A DNA stretch of 64,000 bases from Vulcanimicrobiota bacterium (GTDB lineage: Bacteria; Vulcanimicrobiota; Vulcanimicrobiia; Vulcanimicrobiales; Vulcanimicrobiaceae): NCBI GenBank assembly GCA_963695225.1, contig OY968762.1, forward strand, positions 1,344,001 to 1,408,000, written 5' to 3'. A model generated the notes under the pieces. The model was not told the DNA's origin and made no database searches. It was given only the letters and a program-made list of their open reading frames with translations. Shown piece by piece: positions 56,831-64,000 of the stretch. The position numbers were made by a program, and so were the translations under genes. Each line of letters begins with the position of its first letter. Positions within the stretch are counted from its first letter, which is position 1.

Positions 56831-58279
56831 TTGGCTGACCACACCGTCGACGCCGTCGTCATCGGAGCCGGACCCGGCGGCTATCACGCCGCGATCCGCC
56901 TTGGCCAACTCGGCAAGAGCGTCGTCTGCTTCGACCGCGACGAGATCGGGGGCGTCTGCCTGAACTGGGGTTGCATCCCGACCAAGGCCCTCTTGCACGT
57001 CGGCGAGGTGGCGCGCCAAATCGACCACGCCGCGGAGATCGGGATCGCGGTTCCCAAGGCGAAGATCGATCGCGAAGGCGTCGCGAAGTTCAAGGATTCC
57101 GTCGTCAAGGCGAACGTCGGCGGCGTGCAATCGCTGTTCAAGGCGAACAACGTGACGTTCGCCTACGGCGATGCCTCGTTCGTCGACAAGCAGACCGTCG
57201 CGCTGCGCAAGCGCGACGGCACGGCCGAGACATACGCGTTCGCGAACGCCGTCATCGCGACCGGCTCGGCCCCGATCGACGTGAAGGCCTGGCCGCGCGA
57301 CGGCGAGACGATCCTCAACTCCGACGACGCGGTGCAGCTCAAGCGAATCCCCGAGAAGCTGCTCGTCGTCGGCGGGGGCGTGATCGGGCTCGAGTTCGCG
57401 ACGGTCTACGCGCGGATGGGCGCGAGCGTGCTCGTCGTCGAGGCGCTCTCGCAGTTGATCACGGGCGCGGATCTCGAGATCTCCAAGACGTTGCAGCGCA
57501 TCCTCAAGAAGCAGGGGATCGAGTTCGCGCTCTCCACGACAGTCGAGACGATGGAAAAGGTAGCGGACCGCGATGTGAAGGTGACGATCAAGGGCGCGTA
57601 CACGAACGGCAAGCCGGAGACGCGCGAGTTCGACATGGTGCTCGTCGCGGTCGGCCGCCGCCCCGTCACCGATACGCTGAACCTCGCCGCCGCGGGACTC
57701 TCCATCGACGAGCGCGGTTTCCTCGCGGTCGACGCGCAACGCCGCACCGCCGTTCCGCACATCTTTGCGATCGGCGACGTCGCGGGCGCTCCGCTCCTCG
57801 CGCACAAGGCGATGAAGGAGGGCGTCGTCGCCGCGGAAGTTATCGCCGGCGACCGCTCCGCCGCGTTCGACCCGGTCGCGATCCCGAACTGCGTCTACAC
57901 CGATCCCGAGGTCGCGACCGTCGGCCTTTCCGAAGAGGAAGCGAAAGCAAAAGGCTACGACGTGCGCATCGGCAAGTTTCCGTTGCAAGCGAGCGGGCGC
58001 GCCCGCACGATGAACGCGACGGACGGCTTGATCAAACTCGTCGGCGACGCGAAGAGCGATCTCTTGCTCGGCATGCACATCGTCGCGCCGCAGGCCGAAT
58101 CGTTGATCGGCGAGGGCGTGATCGCGCTCGAGATGGGCGCGACCGTCGAGGATATCGGGCTTTCGATCCACCCGCACCCGACGTTGACGGAATCGATCAT
58201 GGACGCCGCGGAGGCGATGCACAACAAGGCGATTCACATTCCGAACCCCAAGCCGCCGAAGGTTCCGGCGGGCGTCTAG
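56831..58279 (+). CDS. lpdA: Dihydrolipoyl dehydrogenase (E3)
   Basis: [50 protein letters not shown] before TTG. Confidence 0.96.
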   Translation: MADHTVDAVVIGAGPGGYHAAIRLGQLGKSVVCFDRDEIGGVCLNWGCIPTKALLHVGEVARQIDHAAEIGIAVPKAKIDREGVAKFKDSVVKANVGGVQSLFKANNVTFAYGDASFVDKQTVALRKRDGTAETYAFANAVIATGSAPIDVKAWPRDGETILNSDDAVQLKRIPEKLLVVGGGVIGLEFATVYARMGASVLVVEALSQLITGADLEISKTLQRILKKQGIEFALSTTVETMEKVADRDVKVTIKGAYTNGKPETREFDMVLVAVGRRPVTDTLNLAAAGLSIDERGFLAVDAQRRTAVPHIFAIGDVAGAPLLAHKAMKEGVVAAEVIAGDRSAAFDPVAIPNCVYTDPEVATVGLSEEEAKAKGYDVRIGKFPLQASGRARTMNATDGLIKLVGDAKSDLLLGMHIVAPQAESLIGEGVIALEMGATVEDIGLSIHPHPTLTESIMDAAEAMHNKAIHIPNPKPPKVPAGV

Positions 58280-58282
58280 GCG

Positions 58283-58978
58283 GTGCTCGCTGCGACGCCT
58301 ATCCCACGCGACGTTCGCCTGCTCGATCTCGGGCGGCGTCCGTATGGGGACGTCCTCGCGTTGCAGCGGGAATTGCACGCCGCCGTCGCGGCGGGCGCAC
58401 CCGAAACCTGGATCGTCGTCGAGCACGACCCGGTCGTCACGTTCGGGCGCAACGCGAAGGACGAGAACCTCCTGCTCCCGCGCGCGCTGCTCGCCGAACG
58501 CGGCATCGAAGTGCATCGGATCGAGCGCGGAGGCGACGTCACCTACCACGGTCCGGGGCAAGTCGTCGTCTACCCGATTCGCAAGCTCGAGCGCTTCCGC
58601 GAAGTCGTCCCGCTCGTGTCTGCGCTCGAGCGCGCGGCGATCGGCGCGCTCGCCTCATTCGGGATCGAAGGCGCGACCCGCGGCGAGCATCGCGGCGTCT
58701 ACGTCGGTTCGAATGCGATCTGCGCGGTCGGCCTCGCGGTGCGGCGCATGACCTCGCTGCACGGACTCGCGCTCAACGTCTGCACGGCGCTCGATTACGA
58801 TCGTTTGATCTTGCCCTGCGGGACCACGCAATTCGGGATCACCTCGGTCTCCCGCGAACTCGCGCGCCCCGTTGCATGGAGCGATGGGCGGGATGCGCTG
58901 CTCGCCGCGCTGGCTGCCGTGTTCGCGCTCCGCTTCGTCCCGGCGAGCGTCGAAGCTCCGGCGAAGGCAGCCGTATGA
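58283..58978 (+). CDS. lipB: Lipoyl(octanoyl) transferase LipB
   Basis: EHDPVVTFG, RGGDVTYHGPGQVVVYP, HGLALNV, LPCG. Confidence 0.93.
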   Translation: MLAATPIPRDVRLLDLGRRPYGDVLALQRELHAAVAAGAPETWIVVEHDPVVTFGRNAKDENLLLPRALLAERGIEVHRIERGGDVTYHGPGQVVVYPIRKLERFREVVPLVSALERAAIGALASFGIEGATRGEHRGVYVGSNAICAVGLAVRRMTSLHGLALNVCTALDYDRLILPCGTTQFGITSVSRELARPVAWSDGRDALLAALAAVFALRFVPASVEAPAKAAV

Positions 58979-59886
58979 TCGACTTGACGAAGCCGGGCGG
59001 CGCGGCGCCGCAGCCGCCTTTGCGCAAGCCCCCGTGGCTGACGATCCCGCTGGCACATGGCGAGGGATACGAGCGCGTCAAGAGCAAGGTCGCGGGCCTC
59101 GGCTTGCACACGGTCTGCCGCGAAGCGATGTGTCCGAACCTCGGCGAGTGCTGGAGTGCGGGGACCGCGACGATCATGATCCTCGGCGACACGTGCACGC
59201 GCGGCTGCCGCTTCTGCAACGTGAAGACGGGCAGCCCGCGCGGCGAGGTCGATTGGCTCGAGCCCAAGCGCGTCGCCGAAGCCGTGCGCGACATGGGCTG
59301 GAAGTATCTCGTTTTGACCGCCGTCGACCGCGACGATCTCGCCGACGGCGGCGCCGCGATCTTCGCGAGCACGGTGCGCGCGATCCACAAGCTCTCCCCG
59401 CAAGCGAAGGTCGAGTGCCTGACCGGCGATTTCGCGGGCGACCTCGCCGCGCTCGACGTCGTGCTCGAGAGCGAGCCGGAAGTGTTCGCGCACAACCTCG
59501 AGACCGTCGCGCGGCTCCAAGCGACGGTCCGCGACAAGCGCGCGAACTTCGCTCAGTCGCTGGCCATCCTCGCGCACGCGAAGCGCAGCGGGAAGATCCG
59601 CTACGCGAAGACCTCGCTGATGCTCGGGCTCGGTGAGACCGAACTCGAAATCGAGGCGACGATGGACGCCGCACGCGACGCCGGCGTCGACATCTTCACC
59701 ATGGGGCAGTATCTGCAGCCGACGAAGCGCCACTTGCCGGTCGCCGAATACGTGACGCCCGAGAAATTCGGCCGGATGCGCGCGCTCGGCTTCACGAAAG
59801 GCTTCCGCCAAGTCGTCTCGAGCCCGCTCTCGCGCAGTTCGTATCACGCGGAGCAAGTTTTTCACGAGCCGGAAACGGCGCCGTAA
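58975..59886 (+). CDS. lipA: Lipoyl synthase LipA
   Basis: RKPPWL, CREAMCPNLGEC, CTRGCRFC, HNLETV, RSSYHA; ATGA overlap with lipB. Confidence 0.97.
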   Translation: MIDLTKPGGAAPQPPLRKPPWLTIPLAHGEGYERVKSKVAGLGLHTVCREAMCPNLGECWSAGTATIMILGDTCTRGCRFCNVKTGSPRGEVDWLEPKRVAEAVRDMGWKYLVLTAVDRDDLADGGAAIFASTVRAIHKLSPQAKVECLTGDFAGDLAALDVVLESEPEVFAHNLETVARLQATVRDKRANFAQSLAILAHAKRSGKIRYAKTSLMLGLGETELEIEATMDAARDAGVDIFTMGQYLQPTKRHLPVAEYVTPEKFGRMRALGFTKGFRQVVSSPLSRSSYHAEQVFHEPETAP

Positions 59887-59891
59887 CGCCG

Positions 59892-60161
59892 ATGGCCGAG
59901 CGTAGGCGGGTGACCGACGACGACATCCTGGCGGGGTTCCAGAGCCTGCACGAAGCGATCGCGCTCGGCTTCGCGCGTGTCGACGAGCGCTTCGCGCGTG
60001 TCGACGAGCGCTTCGAGCGCATGGAGGAGCGCTTCCGCGAAATGGACCGCCGCTTCGACATGCTCGAAGCCCGCATGCTGCGCCGCTTCGACGACGTCGA
60101 CGTCCGTTTCGGCGAGGTCGACCGCCGGCTACGGCAGCTCGAGGAGAGCAGGCGAGGCTAG
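59892..60161 (+). CDS. Small coiled-coil protein with F-x-x-(V/M/L)-(D/E)-x-R heptad repeats
   Basis: FARVDER FARVDER FERMEER FREMDRR FDMLEAR; 21-bp DNA repeats from 59968. Confidence 0.75.
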   Translation: MAERRRVTDDDILAGFQSLHEAIALGFARVDERFARVDERFERMEERFREMDRRFDMLEARMLRRFDDVDVRFGEVDRRLRQLEESRRG

Positions 60162-60208
60162 CCGGCAAGGCCCGCAATCGCGGGGCGGGAAGACGCCCGA
60201 GAGAATCT

Positions 60209-61471
60209 CTAGGCGTATACGCCGCGGATGCGGAGCGACTTCGTGACGCGGTCGATCGCCAGCACGTACGCGGCCGTGCGCAGCGATATGCGGCGAGCCC
60301 GCGCGACGTCACGGACGATGTCGAAATTCGTCAGCAGGATGTCGGCGAGCCGCTCGTTGACCTCGGATTCCTTCCAGAAATACCCGGCGCGGTCTTGGGC
60401 CCATTCGAAGTACGAGACCGTCACGCCGCCGGCGTTCGCGACGATATCCGGGATCACGGTGATCCCGCGGCTCGCGAAGATGCGGTCCGCATCCGGCGTC
60501 GTCGGCCCGTTCGCGCCCTCGACGATCAGCTTGGCTTGGATCAGCCCCGCGTTTTCGACCGTGAGCTGTTTTTCGAGCGCGGCCGGGACGAGCACGTCGC
60601 AGGGAAGTTCGAGAAATGCGTCGTTCTTCACGCGTTCGCCGCCGCGATAGCCGTGGAGCGAATGATGCTCCTGCGCGTAGGCGGAGGCGCTCGCGAGATC
60701 GATCCCCCGCTCGTTGTAGTAGCCGCCCGAGACGTCGGAGATCCCGACGATCTTGCAGCCGCGCTCGGCGAACATCCGCGCCGCGACGGAGCCGACGTTG
60801 CCGAAGCCCTGCACGACGATCCTCGCGCCTTTCGCCTCGATGCCCATCTGTTGCATCTGCGCGAACGCGACGAGGGAGACGCCGCGCCCCGTCGCCTCGA
60901 CGCGCCCGCGCGAACCGCCGATCTCGACGGGCTTCCCCGTGACGACGCCGGGGACGTGCATGCGCATGTGCATCGAGTAGGTGTCCATGAACCACGCCAT
61001 GATCTGCGGCGTCGTTCCGACGTCGGGGGCCGGAACGTCCTTATCGGGTCCGACGACCTCGACGAGCTCGGCCGCGTACCGCCGCGTGATCCGTTCCAGT
61101 TCCCCCGCCGAGAGCTTCGCCGGATCGCAGGTCACGCCGCCCTTCCCGCCGCCGAACGGCAGGTCGACGACGGCGCATTTCCACGTCATCCAGAACGCGA
61201 GCGCCGTCACCTCGTCGAGCGTGACGCCGGGATGGTAGCGGATGCCGCCCTTGGCGGGCCCGCGCGCGAAATTGTACTGGACGCGGTATCCGGTGTAGAC
61301 GTCCAGTTCGCCCGAATCCCGCTGGAACGGGATCGCGAAGATGATCTGCCGCGAGGGGTGCGTCAGCAGGCGGCGCATTCCGGGGTCCAGATCGAGCATC
61401 AGCGCCGCCTCGTTGAAGTACGAGATCGCATCGCCGAAGACTGAGACATCCCTCGCGACCGTCATAGCCAT
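60209..61471 (-). CDS. gdhA: Glu/Leu/Phe/Val dehydrogenase (glutamate dehydrogenase)
   Basis: GPAKGGIRY, MTWKCA, GGGKGG, DVPAPDVGT, VQGFGNVG, EGANGP, NAGGVTVSYFEW. Confidence 0.94.
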   Translation of the reverse strand: MAMTVARDVSVFGDAISYFNEAALMLDLDPGMRRLLTHPSRQIIFAIPFQRDSGELDVYTGYRVQYNFARGPAKGGIRYHPGVTLDEVTALAFWMTWKCAVVDLPFGGGKGGVTCDPAKLSAGELERITRRYAAELVEVVGPDKDVPAPDVGTTPQIMAWFMDTYSMHMRMHVPGVVTGKPVEIGGSRGRVEATGRGVSLVAFAQMQQMGIEAKGARIVVQGFGNVGSVAARMFAERGCKIVGISDVSGGYYNERGIDLASASAYAQEHHSLHGYRGGERVKNDAFLELPCDVLVPAALEKQLTVENAGLIQAKLIVEGANGPTTPDADRIFASRGITVIPDIVANAGGVTVSYFEWAQDRAGYFWKESEVNERLADILLTNFDIVRDVARARRISLRTAAYVLAIDRVTKSLRIRGVYA

Positions 61472-61540
61472 GCCGACTTTTCCCCCGTGGAGAACCGAAC
61501 TCCAAGGAACCTTATTCCTCGGAGCCGTTTCCCCTACACA

Positions 61541-61567
61541 TGTAGAACCAGCGGGGCTGATTCTACA
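61541..61567. promoter_or_regulatory. Inverted repeat overlapping a -10-like TAGAAT upstream of gdh
   Basis: TGTAGAACCAGC-GGG-GCTGATTCTACA (11 of 12 match); minus-strand TAGAAT at 61560-61565. Confidence 0.5.
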
Positions 61568-61618
61568 CCATATGTCCTATATTCGGCTGAGAAATCCGCC
61601 GGATTCACACCGTCTGTA

Positions 61619-62713
61619 TCAGACGTTGAAGCGGAACGTGACGACGTCGCCTTCCTGCATGACGTATTCCTTACCCTCGCTGCGCAGCAAGCCCGCCGCG
61701 CGCGCCGCTTCGACGCTCCCCAGGCGCCTGAAATCGTCGTACGAAACGATCTCGGCCCGAATGAATCCGCGCTCGAGGTCGCTGTGGATCTTCCCCGCGG
61801 CCTGCGGTGCTTTCGTCCCGCGCTCGATCGTCCAAGCGCGGACCTCCTTCTCGCCGGCGGTCAGGTACGTCATCAGCCCGAGCAGGTCGTACGCGCTCAG
61901 GATCAGCTGGTCGAGACCGCCCCGCTCGATCCCGAGCTCGTGGCAGAACGCCTTCGCGTCGCCGTCGGAGAGGCCGGCGAGTTCGGCTTCGATCTTCCCG
62001 CAGAACGCGATCGCGCGGCTGCGCTCCTTCGCGGCCCGTTCGAACACGGCGCGCGCCTCGTCGCCGAGGGCCCCGATCTGGTCCTCGTCGATGTTCGCGA
62101 CGTAGAGCAGCGGCTTCCCGGTTAAGAGGAACGACTCGCGGGCGATCTGCGCTTCGAGCGAATCGGCCGGAAACGTTCGGGCGGGGATCCCCTCCTCGAG
62201 CGCGGCGAAGAGCCGCCGGGCCGCTTCGACCATCGGCCCGATCTTCGGATTGACGCGCGCTTCGCGCTCGAGCTTGTCGGCTCGTTTGGCTAGCGTCGCC
62301 AAGTCGGCTAGTGCCATCTCGATCGTGATGATCTCGATGTCGCGCAGCGGATCGGGCGATCCCTCGACGTGCGTCACGTTCGGGTCGGAGAAGCAGCGCA
62401 CGACCATCGCCACGGCATCGGTTTCACGGATGTGGCTGAGGAACGCGTTTCCGAGCCCGGCCCCGGAACTCGCGCCGCGAACGAGGCCCGCGATATCGAC
62501 GAACTTCATCGTCGCGGGCACGATCCGCTGGGCGTGAACGAGATCGGAGAGCACCCCGAGGCGCTCGTCGGGGACGGGCACCTCGCCGACGTTCGGTTCG
62601 ATCGTCGCGAAGGGGTAGTTGGCGGCCAGTGCCGCGGCCGAGCGCGTCAGCGCGTTGAAGATCGTAGACTTGCCGACATTGGGCAAGCCGACGATGCCAC
62701 ATGATAATCCCAT
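61619..62713 (-). CDS. ychF: Redox-regulated ATPase YchF
   Basis: GIVGLPNVGKST, NYPFATIEPN, DIAGLVRGAS, TGS domain IHSDLERGFIRAE...FRFNV. Confidence 0.97.
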   Translation of the reverse strand: MGLSCGIVGLPNVGKSTIFNALTRSAAALAANYPFATIEPNVGEVPVPDERLGVLSDLVHAQRIVPATMKFVDIAGLVRGASSGAGLGNAFLSHIRETDAVAMVVRCFSDPNVTHVEGSPDPLRDIEIITIEMALADLATLAKRADKLEREARVNPKIGPMVEAARRLFAALEEGIPARTFPADSLEAQIARESFLLTGKPLLYVANIDEDQIGALGDEARAVFERAAKERSRAIAFCGKIEAELAGLSDGDAKAFCHELGIERGGLDQLILSAYDLLGLMTYLTAGEKEVRAWTIERGTKAPQAAGKIHSDLERGFIRAEIVSYDDFRRLGSVEAARAAGLLRSEGKEYVMQEGDVVTFRFNV

Positions 62714-62776
62714 GAAAAGCCGACCGTCCGCGTTCGGCCCCGGCAAGGAATCGTCCTGGGAGCGTAGGATTTACAC

Positions 62777-63253
62777 GTGATGCGGCAGATGAAGGTTGAC
62801 AAGCTGGGGATCGACCTCCTCACGCACGACCCCGTGGTCATTCTGAAGGACCTCGAAGGGAAGCGCTTCCTTCCGATCCTGATCGGACCGTTCGAGGCGA
62901 CGGCGATCGCGCTCGCGCTCGAAGGTACCGCCGTTCCGCGCCCGCTCTCGCACGATCTGATGCGTTCGCTGCTCGAGACGATGCACGCGAAACTCGAACA
63001 GATCGTGATCCACGATATCAAGGACTCGACGTTCTTCGCGAAGCTGATCGTGCGCACGAACGGCGAAACTCAAGAGATCGACGCACGCCCTTCCGACGGC
63101 ATCGCGCTCGCGCTGCGGATGCAGGCGCCGATCTTCGTTTCGGACCGGATCGTGCTCGAAGAAACCGTCGCCGACAAGAAGGCCGAGCAGGAAGAAGAAT
63201 CGCGTTTCCGGCGTTTCATAGAAGATCTGAAACCAGGCGATTTCAGGGACTAG
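62777..63253 (+). CDS. Bifunctional nuclease family protein (DUF151)
   Basis: LPILIGPFEATAIA, PRPLSHDL, IDARPSDGIALALR. Confidence 0.93.
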   Translation: MMRQMKVDKLGIDLLTHDPVVILKDLEGKRFLPILIGPFEATAIALALEGTAVPRPLSHDLMRSLLETMHAKLEQIVIHDIKDSTFFAKLIVRTNGETQEIDARPSDGIALALRMQAPIFVSDRIVLEETVADKKAEQEEESRFRRFIEDLKPGDFRD

Positions 63254-63308
63254 GAATCTAGTCCGGAAGCCTCAAGCACCAACTGCACCGAGAGGCTATC
63301 GTAATATC

Positions 63309-63557
63309 GTGAACCAGTCGCTTCCGCCCACGATCACCTCCATCATCACGTCGAAGCACGACCCCAACGCGGCGGCGCCTTGCCCCGCATGCAGCGCGGA
63401 GCGCGACCGGGTCGTCCTTTCAGGCGTCGAAGGCTACTTCATCGCAGCGGTCTGCGCGGCGTGCGGCAAAGGCGATCGCGAATCGCGCTTCTATCGCGGA
63501 CGCGAGCGCGCCGAGGCAGCGCTCGACAGCGGATCGTTCTCGCGCTTCGAGGTCTGA
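63309..63557 (+). CDS. Small hypothetical zinc-ribbon-like protein
   Basis: CPAC...CAAC pairs; -10-like TATCGT 6 nt before GTG. Confidence 0.6.
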   Translation: MNQSLPPTITSIITSKHDPNAAAPCPACSAERDRVVLSGVEGYFIAAVCAACGKGDRESRFYRGRERAEAALDSGSFSRFEV

Positions 63558-63652
63558 GCGCGCCGCGAGGGGAGCGCTTTCGCCTCCCGACGAACCGCGA
63601 CCGGCGGTCCGCTCGATTTTCTGCGGACCGTTCCGGTAGAGAGGTTTGAGGG

Positions 63653-64000
63653 GTGGCACAGGAACGCGCCGACATCGGCGTTTTTGGGGGTTCGGGATTC
63701 TATTCACTGCTCTCGGACGCCCGTGAGGTAACGGTCGAAACGCCGTACGGTGCGCCTAGCGACAAGCTCGCGATCGGCGAAGTCGCCGGCAAGCGCGTCG
63801 CGTTCTTGCCGCGTCACGGCAAATCGCATCAGTACCCGCCGCAATCGATCAACTATCGCGCGAACCTGTGGGCGATGAAAGAACTCGGCGTCACGCGCAT
63901 CATCGGCCCGACCGCCTGCGGCTCGCTCAAGGCCGAGGTCAAGCCCGGCGACATGGTCGTCGCCGACCAGATCGTCGATCGCACGACGGGGCGGAAGGAC
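63653..64000 (+). CDS. mtnP: S-methyl-5'-thioadenosine phosphorylase, 5' part (runs off the right edge)
   Basis: Manual translation MAQERADIGVFGGSGFY...ETPYGAPS...FLPRHG...PPQSINYRANLWAMKELGV...ACGSL. Confidence 0.93.
   Translation, partial: MAQERADIGVFGGSGFYSLLSDAREVTVETPYGAPSDKLAIGEVAGKRVAFLPRHGKSHQYPPQSINYRANLWAMKELGVTRIIGPTACGSLKAEVKPGDMVVADQIVDRTTGRKD

Noticed and set aside
59968..60072. 21-bp tandem repeats as CRISPR
   Set aside because: Contiguous in-frame coding heptads without spacers
63653..64000. MtnP as the missing futalosine nucleosidase MqnB
   Set aside because: It is a phosphorylase-family protein over 50 kb from the mqn genes; no supporting evidence
1..64000. tRNA, rRNA, prophage, IS or defence systems
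   Set aside because: No tRNA/rRNA signatures, integrase, transposase, phage or defence motifs seen, and no obvious compositional island; tRNAscan and Infernal were not run

Overview
High-GC, densely coding bacterial chromosomal window with about 60 CDS. I found no rRNA, tRNA, CRISPR array, integrase or transposase. Content is mostly housekeeping: 5' part of secA, rimO, yajQ, rodZ, mnmA, mqnE-mqnA-mqnC (futalosine menaquinone pathway), NFACT/RqcH, ada, ftsK, RNase J, dnaK-grpE-dnaJ, pyc, acyl-CoA synthetase, nth, mutY, lpdA-lipB-lipA, glutamate dehydrogenase, ychF and 5' part of mtnP. TolC and CsgG-like genes alongside LCP, RNase J and NFACT suggest a diderm Terrabacteria lineage such as Vulcanimicrobiota/Eremiobacterota (inference only). 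Best candidates for new biology: (1) a five-gene envelope glycan-remodelling cluster (12774-19348) whose two NAGPA-type phosphodiester glycosidase paralogs have altered core motifs and are separated only by an in-frame amber stop, one carrying an AsmA/TamB-like N-terminus; (2) a standalone small ORF ending in a RecA N-terminal-like motif, head-to-head with RNase J; (3) a 290-bp nested palindromic element and a fourU-like structured leader upstream of dnaK; (4) a YknWXYZ-like exporter with TolC; (5) a divergent FtsK gamma domain. All calls were made by eye from motifs; no database searches were run.
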